From contig CAJOIN010000004.1 of NCBI GenBank assembly GCA_905234515.1, positions 1,027 to 62,304 of the forward strand: a stretch of 61,278 bases of DNA, read 5' to 3'. Under the pieces are notes generated by a model that had not been told where the DNA came from, searched no databases, and saw only the letters and a list, made by a program, of their open reading frames with translations. The stretch is from an uncultured Selenomonas sp. Its GTDB lineage: Bacteria; Bacillota; Negativicutes; Selenomonadales; Selenomonadaceae. The stretch's first letter is position 1. The number at the start of each line of letters is the position of its first letter. Position numbers and translations under genes: made by a program. Of this stretch, positions 22,097-32,758 are shown one piece after another.

Positions 22097-25000
22097 TTAT
22101 TCCTCGCCATCCATCATATCCTCGTCAGCCATATTGCCAATATCGGCAATGATGCCTTCAGGGGATTCTTCCACTTCTACCTGTTCATCGTCCGAAGCAG
22201 CACCTTCATCATAGGAATCTGCACCTGCACTGGGTACGGGCGCACCATCCTTATTGGGGTCAACCCCCGTCACATCGAGATCCAGCTTCTTGGCGGTCTC
22301 ATTGATATCTTCTTCATCGTCATCGGTAATCTCTATTTCCTTGGCATCCTCGTTGAGGACCTTGATATCGAGACCGATGGACTGAAGCTCCTTGATAAGC
22401 ACCTTGAAGGACTCAGGCACACCAGACTCAGGGATGTTCTCACCCTTGACGATGGACTCGTATGCCTTCACACGGCCCACCACGTCATCGGACTTCACGG
22501 TAAGGATTTCCTGAAGGGTGTAAGCGGCGCCATAAGCCTCCAGTGCCCAAACCTCCATCTCACCGAAGCGCTGGCCACCGAACTGGGCCTTACCGCCCAA
22601 GGGCTGCTGGGTAACCAGGGAATACGGGCCGGTGGAACGGGCATGAATCTTATCATCAACCAGATGATGCAGCTTCAGCATGTACACGCAGCCAACGGTA
22701 ACACGGTTCTCAAAGGGCTCACCGGTACGGCCATCATAGAGGATAGTCTTGCCGTCCTCAGGCAGGCCGGAGGCCTTGATGGTACCAAAAACTTCATCCT
22801 CGCCTGCACCGTCAAAGACCGGAGTAGCAATGTGGACGCCTGCCACATCAGGAATGGGCATGCCATTCTTATCAAAGTCGTAGCCTGCAGCACGGAGACG
22901 GCTCTCTACCGTGGGATCGCCCTGCTTGATCTGGATGCCCAGATTACGGCAAGCCATACCCAGATGGGTCTCCAGCACCTGCCCGATGTTCATACGGGAA
23001 GGCACGCCCAGGGGGTTCAACATGATATCAACGGGAGTACCATCCGGCAGGAAGGGCATATCCTCCTGGCGCATGATACGGGACACGACACCCTTGTTGC
23101 CGTGACGGCCGGACATCTTATCACCCACGGAAATCTTACGCTTCTGGGCGATGTAGACACGGACCAGACGATTCACGCCAGGGGGCAGCTCGTCATTGTT
23201 CTCACGGCTGAAGACCTTCACGTCCACAATCTTGCCTGCCTCACCATGGGGAACACGCAGGGAAGTATCACGGACCTCACGAGCCTTCTCACCGAAGATG
23301 GCACGCAGCAGGCGCTCCTCAGCAGTCAGCTCAGTCTCTCCCTTGGGAGTGACCTTGCCCACCAGAATATCGCCGGGGCGCACGTCAGCACCGATAGAAA
23401 TGATACCCTCTTCATCCAAATCCTTCAGGGCTTCCTCAGCCACGTTGGGGATGTCGCGAGTGATTTCCTCAGGTCCAAGCTTGGTATCACGGGCATCGCA
23501 CTCATACTCCTCAATATGGATGGAGGTGTAGAGGTCGCGCTTTACGAGATTTTCGGAAAGGAGGATAGCATCCTCGTAGTTGTAGCCTTCCCAAGGCATG
23601 TAAGCAACGATGATGTTGTAGCCCAGGGCCAGCTCACCATGGTCAGTAGCAGGACCATCAGCGATGGGCTGCTTCTCGAAGACCTTATCGCCCTTGTAGA
23701 CGATAGGCAGCTGATTGATGCAGGTGCCCTGGTTGGAACGCAGGAACTTCTGCAGTTTATAGTGGTCAAGGTCACCGGACTCAGTGCGGATGACGATGTG
23801 GTCAGCGGAAACTTCCTCAACCACGCCGGCACGCTTGGCCAGAATCATAACGCCGGAGTCGCAGGCTGCCTTGTACTCCATACCGGTGCCTACCAAAGGC
23901 GCCTGGGTGCGGAGAAGAGGCACAGCCTGACGCTGCATGTTCGCACCCATCAGGGCACGGTTGGCGTCATCGTTTTCCAGGAAGGGAATCATAGCCGTAG
24001 CAATGGAGAACACCTGACGGGGGCTTACGTCCATGTAGTCTACGGTATCACGGCCATGAAGGCCGGTTTCTTCGTTGAAGCGGGCAGTAACGCGCTCATT
24101 GACGAACCACTCGTTATCATCCAAGGGCTCGTTGGCCTGAGCAATAACCAGCTCATCCTCCTCGTCGGCGGTGAGATAACGCACATCATCAGTGACGCGG
24201 TGGTTCTCCTTATCCACACGGCGATAGGGAGTCTCCATGAAGCCAAACTGGTTCACACGAGCGTAAGTAGCCAGAGAACCAATCAGACCGATGTTCGGTC
24301 CTTCAGGGGACTCAACAGGGCACATACGGCCGTAATGGGAGTTATGAACGTCGCGCACCTCGAAACCTGCGCGCTCACGGGAAAGACCGCCAGGGCCCAG
24401 GGCAGAAAGACGGCGCTTATGGGTAAGCTCAGACAGCGGGTTGTGCTGATCCATGAACTGGGACAGCTGGGAGGAACCAAAGAACTCCTTCACTGCAGCC
24501 ACCACAGGACGGATATTGATAAGGGCCTGGGGAGTGATGACATCCACATCCTGGATGGTCATGCGCTCACGCACCACGCGCTCCATGCGGGAAAGACCGA
24601 TGCGGAACTGGTTCTGCAGCAGCTCACCCACTGCACGGACGCGGCGGTTGCCCAAATGGTCGATATCATCAGTAGCACCCACATCATCCATCAGGTTCAG
24701 CAGATAGTTGATGGATGCCATGATGTCATTGCGGGTAATGGTGCGTTCCTGCATCTCCAGAGTCGGGGAGCACAGGAGCTTCATCTTGGTACCATCCTTC
24801 TTCAGGAGATACAGCTCGATGATATTGCCCTCGCCGAAGATTTCACGCTCACGCTCAACGCTGACAGCATCCAGCATATCCTCAGTTACAACTTCCTTGG
24901 CCGGAATGACAATCTCACCTGTGGACTGGTCCACGATAGGATCTGCCAACACACGGCCACGAATGCGGCGCTTCCAGCCCAGCTTCTTGGTAAGCTTGTA

Positions 25001-25816
25001 ACGGCCCACAGTAGCCAGGTCATAGCGCTTGGGGTCAAAGAACAGAGAATCCAGCAACTGCTGTGCATTGTCCTCGTTAGCAGGCTCACCGGGACGCAGG
25101 CGCTTGTAAATCTCGATTACAGCCTTGCCCTGGCTCTTGACTTCCTCACCATCACGCTCAATGGTAGCAGCGATACGGGGGTCATTGCCAAAGAGGTCAA
25201 GAATCTCCTGGTCAGAGGCAAACCCCAATGCACGGATGAAATAGGTCACCGGCATCTTGCGGGTACGGTCAATGCGGACAGACACAATATCATTGGTGTC
25301 CGTCTCCAGCTCTATCCAGGCGCCACGGTTAGGGATGACGGTTGCATTGTAGAGCTTCTTGCCTGTGGGATCAATCTCCTCACCATAATAAGCACCAGGA
25401 GAACGAACCAGCTGGCTGACGATAACACGCTCAGCACCGTTGATGATAAAGGTGCCCGTGTCCGTCATCAGCGGGAAGTCGCCCATAAATACTTCCTGCT
25501 CCTTGATTTCACCGGTCTCACGATTGATGAGGCGCACGTTGACGCGCAACGGTGCTGCCCACGTTACATCGCGCTCCTTGCACTCATCGAGGTCATACTT
25601 CGGCTCTCCCATCGAAAAGCTTTCGAAGGAGAGGACAAGATTTCCGGAAAAATCCTGAATTGGCGAGATATCACGGAAGATTTCCTGCAGCCCCTCATCC
25701 AGGAACCACTTGTAGCTCGCCCGCTGGATATCCAGCAGGTGAGGCATTTCCATGACTTCCTTGATTCTGGCGTAGCTATACCTGGTTCTTTTGCCCACCG
25801 GCACAGGATTAAACAT
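22097..25816 (-). CDS. rpoB: RNA polymerase beta subunit
   Basis: [34 protein letters not shown]. Confidence 0.98.
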   Translation of the reverse strand: MFNPVPVGKRTRYSYARIKEVMEMPHLLDIQRASYKWFLDEGLQEIFRDISPIQDFSGNLVLSFESFSMGEPKYDLDECKERDVTWAAPLRVNVRLINRETGEIKEQEVFMGDFPLMTDTGTFIINGAERVIVSQLVRSPGAYYGEEIDPTGKKLYNATVIPNRGAWIELETDTNDIVSVRIDRTRKMPVTYFIRALGFASDQEILDLFGNDPRIAATIERDGEEVKSQGKAVIEIYKRLRPGEPANEDNAQQLLDSLFFDPKRYDLATVGRYKLTKKLGWKRRIRGRVLADPIVDQSTGEIVIPAKEVVTEDMLDAVSVEREREIFGEGNIIELYLLKKDGTKMKLLCSPTLEMQERTITRNDIMASINYLLNLMDDVGATDDIDHLGNRRVRAVGELLQNQFRIGLSRMERVVRERMTIQDVDVITPQALINIRPVVAAVKEFFGSSQLSQFMDQHNPLSELTHKRRLSALGPGGLSRERAGFEVRDVHNSHYGRMCPVESPEGPNIGLIGSLATYARVNQFGFMETPYRRVDKENHRVTDDVRYLTADEEDELVIAQANEPLDDNEWFVNERVTARFNEETGLHGRDTVDYMDVSPRQVFSIATAMIPFLENDDANRALMGANMQRQAVPLLRTQAPLVGTGMEYKAACDSGVMILAKRAGVVEEVSADHIVIRTESGDLDHYKLQKFLRSNQGTCINQLPIVYKGDKVFEKQPIADGPATDHGELALGYNIIVAYMPWEGYNYEDAILLSENLVKRDLYTSIHIEEYECDARDTKLGPEEITRDIPNVAEEALKDLDEEGIISIGADVRPGDILVGKVTPKGETELTAEERLLRAIFGEKAREVRDTSLRVPHGEAGKIVDVKVFSRENNDELPPGVNRLVRVYIAQKRKISVGDKMSGRHGNKGVVSRIMRQEDMPFLPDGTPVDIMLNPLGVPSRMNIGQVLETHLGMACRNLGIQIKQGDPTVESRLRAAGYDFDKNGMPIPDVAGVHIATPVFDGAGEDEVFGTIKASGLPEDGKTILYDGRTGEPFENRVTVGCVYMLKLHHLVDDKIHARSTGPYSLVTQQPLGGKAQFGGQRFGEMEVWALEAYGAAYTLQEILTVKSDDVVGRVKAYESIVKGENIPESGVPESFKVLIKELQSIGLDIKVLNEDAKEIEITDDDEEDINETAKKLDLDVTGVDPNKDGAPVPSAGADSYDEGAASDDEQVEVEESPEGIIADIGNMADEDMMDGEE

Positions 25817-26114
25817 TAAATCCTTCACCCCTTAGCCTGATTTTCACTAAATTACTTCTTGAAAGATAAGAATCACTAAAGAACGCAAAGAAAACACGGA
25901 AAGAATGAATCAGAAAAAAAAACAAGGTATCAAACATCTCACACCTTGCTTCCAGTCCCTTTCCGCTTGCGCATAGTTATCCCTATTCAATTTCCTGTAG
26001 TTAATAACTCTATCATAAGGACGCCCCTTTGTCAAGGGGCGAATTTTCCTTATGACAAAAAATTGCAGTGCTATTATATAATAATGAAAGAATTGTTAAA
26101 TACAACTTGCTCAA

Positions 26115-26843
26115 TCAGCTTTCCCTGTCCTCCGACAGCCTCCGCATAACTTCCTCGTCCCACGCCACTAAAAGTGCCACATACCTTTCCTTTATCAGAC
26201 GATAGACCTCCAATGCAGTAGACTCATTGTAGGTATGCGTGGACAAGTTCCGCTTCTCCTGCATATCCAGCCACGTCTCTGCATCAGCTATCATCCCCTG
26301 TTTCCACCCCTCCCGGATGCTGGAGCGGGGGCTGCTGACCTCGATGCCCTCATAATCAAGCACAACCTTCATAAGTTTCCAAGCCAGTTCAAAGCAAAAC
26401 TCAAAGCGCTGGATGGTAGCATCGAGGTACATCTCATCAGCATCAGGCTCTTTCTGCAAAGCAGACTGCAAACGCTCCAGCGCACGGTGATAGTCAGCCT
26501 GCTTCGTTTCTATCTGCAATATCTTCATAAAACTCGTCCTTTCCTCACTGCTATATATCAGCTTGCCTTCCGTATCTATAGCCTGCTTCAATTTTTCATT
26601 GGACTGCCTTTTATAGTCGATGATGTCAAAGGTGTAGGGCAGCTTGCTGTCGTCAAAGTCAATGGCCAGCTTCGTTATAACATCTGCACTACCAGCTACC
26701 GCCAAATCTATATCCGAGCTTGCCCTGGCATCACCACGGGCACGAGAGCCAAATAGCTTGACCCACTCTATATTGCTAGCATATTTGCTCAGTATCACCA
26801 TGATAGTGTACCAATACTTATATTCTATAGTATGCAATCTCAT
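26115..26843 (-). CDS. fused minimal nucleotidyltransferase (MNT) + HEPN (HI0074-like) protein, type VII TA-like
   Basis: LFGSRARGDARASSDIDLAV (GS-x10-DxD); IQRFEFCFELAWK and RNLSTHTY (R-x4-HxY). Confidence 0.88.
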   Translation of the reverse strand: MRLHTIEYKYWYTIMVILSKYASNIEWVKLFGSRARGDARASSDIDLAVAGSADVITKLAIDFDDSKLPYTFDIIDYKRQSNEKLKQAIDTEGKLIYSSEERTSFMKILQIETKQADYHRALERLQSALQKEPDADEMYLDATIQRFEFCFELAWKLMKVVLDYEGIEVSSPRSSIREGWKQGMIADAETWLDMQEKRNLSTHTYNESTALEVYRLIKERYVALLVAWDEEVMRRLSEDRES

Positions 26844-26934
26844 GTCCCCTAATCTTTCATAATACTTTTCTTATATTGTACCACGAAGCCAGCCACAATG
26901 GAAAACTTACTCAAACTTGAAATACAAATACAAA

Positions 26935-26984
26935 AATAGCCTGCTTAGTTCAACTTAGACATCTAAACTGAACTAAGCAGGCTT
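26935..26984 (-). terminator. second hairpin/terminator downstream of rplL
   Basis: perfect 15-bp arms agcctgcttagttca/tgaactaagcaggct with T-tract on the minus strand. Confidence 0.65.
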
Positions 26985-26991
26985 ACCCGTC

Positions 26992-27040
26992 AAAAAAAGC
27001 CGTGAGGCCGTGGACTTAAATCCACTTCCTCACAGCTTTT
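26992..27040 (-). terminator. terminator after rplL
   Basis: aaagccgtgagg...cctcacagcttt, T7 on the minus strand. Confidence 0.7.
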
Positions 27041-27069
27041 GAATGACTTGCTTATGCAGTCAAACTGAA

Positions 27070-27441
27070 TTACTTCAGCTCAACAGTAGCGCCAGCCTCT
27101 TCGAGCTTAGCCTTGAGCTCCTCAGCCTCAGCCTTGGCAACGTTCTCCTTCACGTTTGCAGGAGCGCCATCAACGAGAGCCTTAGCTTCCTTCAGGCCGA
27201 GACCAGTAGCCTCACGAACAGCCTTGATAACGTTGATCTTCTTGTCGCCAGCGGAAGCGAGAACAACGGTGAACTCGCTCTTCTCCTCAGCAGCACCAGC
27301 AGCAGCGCCAGCACCAGCAGCAGCAACAGCAACAGGAGCAGCAGCGCTAACGCCGAACTTCTCCTCCATAGCCTTAACGAGCTCGCTCAGCTCCAGAACA
27401 GTCATGCCCTCAATGGCTTCCATGATTTCTTCTTTAGTCAT
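27070..27441 (-). CDS. rplL: 50S ribosomal protein L7/L12
   Basis: [30 protein letters not shown]. Confidence 0.98.
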   Translation of the reverse strand: MTKEEIMEAIEGMTVLELSELVKAMEEKFGVSAAAPVAVAAAGAGAAAGAAEEKSEFTVVLASAGDKKINVIKAVREATGLGLKEAKALVDGAPANVKENVAKAEAEELKAKLEEAGATVELK

Positions 27442-27541
27442 TTCAATATACCTCCATAATCTTTCTTTTTTTACTTTCTTATTAAACGGCATCAAATGAT
27501 GCCAACGGCGAAGCATTTATCTTCGTCATGCAATTTTCGTC

Positions 27542-28084
27542 TTATGCAGATGCCTGCTCCTTCTGAGCACGGACAGCCTCAAGCACATAGACGGCCTTGC
27601 GGATAACACCCTGAAGCACGCCAACAGTGTTGGAAATCGGGGCGTTCATGCTGCCAAGCAGCTTGGCAATGAGTTCCTCGCGGCTGGGCAGGGCTGCCAG
27701 AGCCTTGACCTCATTAGCGTCGATGACCTTGCCCTCGACCATACCGACCTTCACGGTCAGTACCTCTGCCTCCTCAAGCTTGTTCTTCTTGATGAAGTCG
27801 CAGATAACCTTGGCAGGAGCCACGGCATCATCAGAGAAAGCGAAAGCAGTGGTGCCTTCGAGATGCTCGCTGAGGCCTTCGATGCCTGCTTCTTCAGCGG
27901 CGAAACGGAGCATGGTGTTCTTCACAACATGATAAGTCACGCCAGCCTCGCGCAGTTCACGGCGGAGCTGAGTATCCTGGGCAACAGTAAGGCCTTTGTA
28001 GCCGGTGAGCACAACACCCTTAGCGGTGGTGAGCTGCTCCTTGAGCTCAGCTACGATTGCCTCTTTCTTTGCATTTACAGCCAT
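27542..28084 (-). CDS. rplJ: 50S ribosomal protein L10
   Basis: YKGLTV, VVKNT, LPSREEL. Confidence 0.97.
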   Translation of the reverse strand: MAVNAKKEAIVAELKEQLTTAKGVVLTGYKGLTVAQDTQLRRELREAGVTYHVVKNTMLRFAAEEAGIEGLSEHLEGTTAFAFSDDAVAPAKVICDFIKKNKLEEAEVLTVKVGMVEGKVIDANEVKALAALPSREELIAKLLGSMNAPISNTVGVLQGVIRKAVYVLEAVRAQKEQASA

Positions 28085-28124
28085 TATTTGGTTGCACCTC
28101 CTCTTTTCGTAAATTTTAAAGCCT

Positions 28125-28240
28125 GTAAAAAACCTCCGGCTGACACCAGCCGGAGGTATGATTTTCAAAGTCATGTGCTCCGGCCTCGGCAGGCGGCTTA
28201 AAGCCGTTAGATGATAAATCAAACCTGCTGTCTACAGCCA
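28125..28240 (-). promoter_or_regulatory. L10 leader (autoregulatory attenuator)
   Basis: GTAGACAGCAGG...TTAA...CCTGCCGAGG followed by terminator cctccggctg/cagccggagg-T6. Confidence 0.85.
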
Positions 28241-28301
28241 TCGATATACAGTTGTCAGGGTGCCGTTAGGCGCCCCTGAGGCCGGAGCCTCGCTGAACCA
28301 A

Positions 28302-28982
28302 TTAGAGCTGAACAGGCACGCCAGGGCCCATGGTAGCGCTCACCGTAATGGAACGCATGTACTGGCCTTTAGCAGCAGCCGGCTTAGCGCGGTTCAGTGT
28401 ATCAATCAGGGCCTGGAAGTTCTGCTGAAGCTTCTCAGCGTCGAAAGATGCCTTGCCGATGGGGCAATGCACGTTACCGGCCTTATCGGTGCGGTATTCG
28501 ACTTTACCTGCTTTAATCTCGGAAATTGCCTTTGCAAGATCCATGGTAACCGTACCCAGCTTCGGGTTAGGCATGAGGCCACGGGGGCCCAGGACCTTAC
28601 CAAGACGGCCGACGGTGCCCATCATATCCGGAGTAGCGACAGCGACATCAAAGTCGAGCCAGCCGCCCTGGATCTTCTGCACGATCTCATCGGAACCAAC
28701 GAAATCTGCACCAGCCTCTTCGGCCTCCTTGACCTTCTCGCCTTTTGCAAAGACGAGGACGCGCTTGCTCTTGCCCGTACCATGGGGCAGAACCATAGCG
28801 CCGCGGACCTGCTGATCAGCATACTTGGGGTCAACGCCAAGACGAACATGCAGCTCGATGGTCTCATCGAACTTAGCGGTAGCCGTCTTCTTAACGAGCT
28901 CCATAGCCTCAGCAGCCGTGTAGACCTTGCCAGCCTCGATGAGCTTGCAAGCGTCCTGGTACTTCTTACCAGCTTTAGCCAT
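28302..28982 (-). CDS. rplA: 50S ribosomal protein L1
   Basis: [28 protein letters not shown]. Confidence 0.98.
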   Translation of the reverse strand: MAKAGKKYQDACKLIEAGKVYTAAEAMELVKKTATAKFDETIELHVRLGVDPKYADQQVRGAMVLPHGTGKSKRVLVFAKGEKVKEAEEAGADFVGSDEIVQKIQGGWLDFDVAVATPDMMGTVGRLGKVLGPRGLMPNPKLGTVTMDLAKAISEIKAGKVEYRTDKAGNVHCPIGKASFDAEKLQQNFQALIDTLNRAKPAAAKGQYMRSITVSATMGPGVPVQL

Positions 28983-29000
28983 TTTACATTCTCCTATCAT

Positions 29001-29030
29001 CGTGGTAATAACGGTATGTGCCTCCCACGT
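29001..29030 (-). promoter_or_regulatory. L1-binding autoregulatory site
   Basis: GTGGGAGG...CCGTTATTACCAC between rplK and rplA. Confidence 0.7.
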
Positions 29031-29047
29031 GGGGGCGAAACCATAGA

Positions 29048-29473
29048 TTAGTCTACGATCTCGATACCCATGCTGCGAGCAGTACCCTCAATCATGCGGG
29101 TAGCAGCCTCGATATCAGCAGCGTTGAGGTCTTTCATCTTGCTCTCAGCAATCTCCTGTGCCTTAGCACGGGGCAGCTTAGCGACCTTGTTCTTGTTAGG
29201 CTCACCGGATGCCTTCTGGAGGCCTGCAGCCTTCTTCAGGAGCACTGCTGCCGGCGGAGTCTTGGTGATGAACGTGAAGGATCTATCCTCAAAAACCGTA
29301 ATCTCGACCGGGATAATCAGGCCAGCCTGATTCTTGGTTCTCTCGTTGAATTCCTTACAAAAGCCCATGATGTTAACGCCTGCCTGACCAAGTGCCGGAC
29401 CTACCGGAGGAGCCGGATTAGCCTTGCCAGCCATAACCTGGAGCTTGACAATCTTTGCAACTTTCTTTGCCAT
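29048..29473 (-). CDS. rplK: 50S ribosomal protein L11
   Basis: [23 protein letters not shown]. Confidence 0.98.
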   Translation of the reverse strand: MAKKVAKIVKLQVMAGKANPAPPVGPALGQAGVNIMGFCKEFNERTKNQAGLIIPVEITVFEDRSFTFITKTPPAAVLLKKAAGLQKASGEPNKNKVAKLPRAKAQEIAESKMKDLNAADIEAATRMIEGTARSMGIEIVD

Positions 29474-29516
29474 CTTGAAAACACCTCCTCAAAAAGGAAA
29501 TAATCTACGATTGCAA

Positions 29517-30071
29517 TCAGATTTCTTCAACCTGTTTGTAATCGAGTTCAATCGGGGTCTCTTCAACCAAAACCTTCAAGCGGCACTTTTCTTCATCTAT
29601 AGAAGTAATGGTACCAGTATAGTTTTCAAAGACGCCCGAATTGATGCGAACTACATCCCCGACCTCAACATTGAGTTCAGGTTTGACCTTCGTCTCGTCC
29701 GTGGACTTAAGGATACGCTGTGCCTCAGCATCAGTAAGCGGTATCGGGTGCTTCTCAGAGCCGACAAAGCCGGTGACACCAGTAGTATTGCGCACAACAT
29801 ACCAAGAGCGCTCATCGACAATCATGTCGACCAGCACGTATCCAGGGAAGACTTTATGCGGAACGACTTTCTTCTGGCCGTTTTCCTTGATTTCTACCTC
29901 TTCTTCCACAGGCACCACCACGTTGAAGATCATCTTCTCCATGCCGGCGGTGTGGATAAGGCGCTCAAGGTTGGCCTTTACCTTGTTCTCGTAGCCGGAG
30001 TAGGTATGAATTACATACCAGGCCCTGCCAGGATTGTCCTTGTGCAGGTCCAGCTCGTCTTTTTCTGCCAT
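29517..30071 (-). CDS. nusG: transcription termination/antitermination factor NusG
   Basis: WYVIHTYSGYENKV, FPGYVLV, GVTGFVG, KOW domain. Confidence 0.96.
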   Translation of the reverse strand: MAEKDELDLHKDNPGRAWYVIHTYSGYENKVKANLERLIHTAGMEKMIFNVVVPVEEEVEIKENGQKKVVPHKVFPGYVLVDMIVDERSWYVVRNTTGVTGFVGSEKHPIPLTDAEAQRILKSTDETKVKPELNVEVGDVVRINSGVFENYTGTITSIDEEKCRLKVLVEETPIELDYKQVEEI

Positions 30072-30087
30072 GCTTAATTCACCCAGC

Positions 30088-30261
30088 TTACCTTAATATG
30101 ATGTGGAACAATCTTGCGAAGAACGTATCGCAAATCCAAATAAGAGCACACACCACTGCAACCGCGATGCCAACGACACCTGTATAAGTGACGAGTTCCT
30201 TCTTAGTGGACCAGGACACCTTTTTCATCTCGGCGATTACTTCGTCTATGAACTTCTTCAC
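30088..30261 (-). CDS. secE: preprotein translocase subunit SecE
   Basis: Manual translation MKKFIDEVIAEMKKVSWSTKKELVTYT plus TM segment. Confidence 0.92.
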   Translation of the reverse strand: MKKFIDEVIAEMKKVSWSTKKELVTYTGVVGIAVAVVCALIWICDTFFARLFHIILR

Positions 30262-30294
30262 TAGTTTTTCACATCCCCTGCCCTGACTGCAAAA

Positions 30295-30444
30295 TTACTT
30301 CGTTTCCTTGTGGACCGTGTGCTTCTTGCAGAACTTGCAGTACTTATTGAACTCCAGACGATCCGGGTTGTTCTTCTTGTTCTTGTTGGTACGGTAGTTG
30401 CGGCTCTTGCACTCCGTGCACTCCAACGTGATATTGTTGCGCAT
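30295..30444 (-). CDS. rpmG: 50S ribosomal protein L33 (Zn-binding form)
   Basis: Manual translation [17 protein letters not shown]...[16 protein letters not shown]. Confidence 0.97.
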   Translation of the reverse strand: MRNNITLECTECKSRNYRTNKNKKNNPDRLEFNKYCKFCKKHTVHKETK

Positions 30445-30633
30445 CTCTTCTTACACCCCTTACGCTTTGGACTCTCGACGCCCTCTCTTGCGGACGTCAC
30501 TAATATAATTTAGCATAGAAGCCCTAGCGTGTCAATAAAAAACCTTGACAACCTGCAGGAATTTCTCCAGGGAATTTCCAGCATTTTCCAGGGCATAAAA
30601 TAAAGCCCCTCGAAAGGGACTCTTTTTTGCATT

Positions 30634-30710
30634 TGGTGGCGGCACAGAGACTTGAACTCCGGACACTGCGGGTATGAACCGCATGCTCTAGCCAGCTGAG
30701 CTATGCCGCC
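30634..30710 (-). tRNA. tRNA-Met(CAT), elongator type
   Basis: GGCGGCATAGCTCAGCTGGCTAGAGC...TTCATAC...CCA. Confidence 0.93.
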
Positions 30711-30718
30711 AATATATA

Positions 30719-30794
30719 TGGAGCTGATGACCAGGATTGAACTGGTGACCTTATCCTTACCAAGGATACGCTCTGCCGACTGAGCTACATCAGC
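30719..30794 (-). tRNA. tRNA-Thr(GGT)
   Basis: GCTGATGTAGCTCAG...TTGGTAA...CCA. Confidence 0.96.
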
Positions 30795-30805
30795 ATTCCA
30801 AACAT

Positions 30806-30881
<76 letters not shown>

Positions 30882-30905
30882 ATGAGTGAAATGGAATTTG
30901 TCATT

Positions 30906-30981
<76 letters not shown>

Positions 30982-31034
30982 ATTATCTCGCTTCGGCCTT
31001 GGCTTTTCGCCTCAGCACCGGCTGACAAGATAGT

Positions 31035-31063
31035 ATTATAGATTATTCTCACGCCCACGTCAA
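31035..31063 (-). promoter_or_regulatory. sigma-A promoter of the tRNA operon
   Basis: TTGACG-17-TATAAT with upstream T-tracts. Confidence 0.8.
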
Positions 31064-31189
31064 CCCCCTTTTTCCAAAAAACCACAAAAAACTTTCAGGA
31101 AAGAAAAAGAAGGCATGAGAATGCCCATCGTACCTGCATTCTCACGCCTTTCATCTATATGCTGTTTTTAGTCTCTCGCTCCAGGCATA

Positions 31190-32437
31190 TCACTGAAAGA
31201 GGTATTCATAGCGTGCTTTGAATTCCTCCTGAGTCATATGGTAGGCATTTGCAAGACCCGGATCTTCGAGGTCCCCTTCCTCAAGCCGCATCATGAGGCC
31301 GCGGGCAATCTGATAATGCACGGACTCGATATTCACCTTGCGGACTGCCGTCTTGCCCGTCTCAGGATCCTTGATATCCTCGAAGTACATGGGCACCGAC
31401 TTGTTGTCCTGGATGGTAATGAGGGCGCCGCTGCCGCCTTCCTTCAGGAAGCTGACTGCCGAGAACCCCAGCTGGCGGGCGTAGTCAATATCGTAAGCGA
31501 TGGGCGCGGTGCAACGAAGCTCATAGCCAATTTCCTTATCGATGATGGACACCTTGATGCCAAGCTTCTTGACTTCAGCCAGGACAGCCTGCTTGATGAT
31601 TTCACCAAAGTCCAGCTCGCTGTAGCGAATGTGTCCATGCTCGTCCTTAACTACCTGCCCCAGTTTGTCGAAGTCCTCCGGGGCAATCTTTTCGATAACA
31701 CCTTCGGCAATGACGGCCACGCCGTAATTCTTGCCGGTGAGATAACGCTTCACCAGGGAACCGGTGAGGATGTCCACCACCTGCTGGAGGGGAATCTTTT
31801 CCTGGGGGAACTCCTCCGGAATGATGGTGATGGCAGCCCCTGCACTGCGGCCCATGCCCAGAGCCAGGTGGCCTGCGGTGCGGCCCATGGCGATGGTGAA
31901 GTACCAGCGGTTGTTGGAAGTGCGGGCATCCTCCATGAGATTCTCTATCTCGGTAGTGCCGAAAGCCCTGGCGGTCTCAAAACCGAAGGTGGGCACACCT
32001 TCCGGCAGGGGCAGGTCGTTATCAATGGTCTTAGGCACATGCACCACATTGATGGTACGGCCTGCCCGACGGGCATAATCGGAAACGGCAGCGGAGCTGT
32101 AAGCCGTGTCATCACCGCCGATGGTCACCAGATGGGTGACTCCCAGTTCAGTCAAAGTCTCCACCACCGTGCGCAGGTCGCTTTCCTTCTTGGTGGGGTT
32201 GAAGCGGGACATCTTCAGAATGCAGCCGCCGGTCAGATGGATGCGGCTGATGTTCTTGGGCTCCAACCGGATGTAGTTCTTCTCGCCGCGAGCCAAGCGG
32301 GAGAAGCCGTCATAGATACCCAGCACATCCCAGCCCTGGCGATGGGCCTCATTTACCACCCCGGAAATAACGCTGTTGATGCCCGGGGCAGGGCCGCCGC
32401 CGCAGACAATAGCAATGACATTTTTGATCCCTATCAT
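31190..32437 (-). CDS. pfp: phosphofructokinase, probably PPi-dependent
   Basis: GGGPAPG, GGDDT (Asp typical of PPi-PFK), PKTIDND, MGR. Confidence 0.88.
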   Translation of the reverse strand: MIGIKNVIAIVCGGGPAPGINSVISGVVNEAHRQGWDVLGIYDGFSRLARGEKNYIRLEPKNISRIHLTGGCILKMSRFNPTKKESDLRTVVETLTELGVTHLVTIGGDDTAYSSAAVSDYARRAGRTINVVHVPKTIDNDLPLPEGVPTFGFETARAFGTTEIENLMEDARTSNNRWYFTIAMGRTAGHLALGMGRSAGAAITIIPEEFPQEKIPLQQVVDILTGSLVKRYLTGKNYGVAVIAEGVIEKIAPEDFDKLGQVVKDEHGHIRYSELDFGEIIKQAVLAEVKKLGIKVSIIDKEIGYELRCTAPIAYDIDYARQLGFSAVSFLKEGGSGALITIQDNKSVPMYFEDIKDPETGKTAVRKVNIESVHYQIARGLMMRLEEGDLEDPGLANAYHMTQEEFKARYEYLFQ

Positions 32438-32758
32438 AAAAAATCCCCCTCCAAAACTTGAGCTGCAATTATTGCTGCGAATAGTAGTACAGCTCCCCAA
32501 TATCTCCAGCTTTCGCTGATATTATAGTAGTTCTTTCTTTTTCAGAGATTTCCTGCCTAACTGTAAAATTTCTATAAAAAAAGTCTTGGACCCGGTTAAG
32601 AATCCAAGACTTTCCTGCATTTGAAATTATAACGCCATTGTTCAAATTTTGCCGAAGGCAAAATTCTCCAATTAGCGTTTCAACGAGGCGGGAGATATAT
32701 ACTCGCCGCCTGTTATGCGATGAGCTATAGAGATGGGGGGACATCTTCTTCCTCGTTA

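Noticed and set aside
24380-24490. Rifampicin-resistance substitutions in rpoB cluster I
   Set aside because: Key Q, D, H, R and S residues are the wild-type ones.
27290-27345. (gca)n-like and AP-coding repeats in rplL and at 34080-34120
   Set aside because: Ordinary Ala/Pro-rich hinge linkers.
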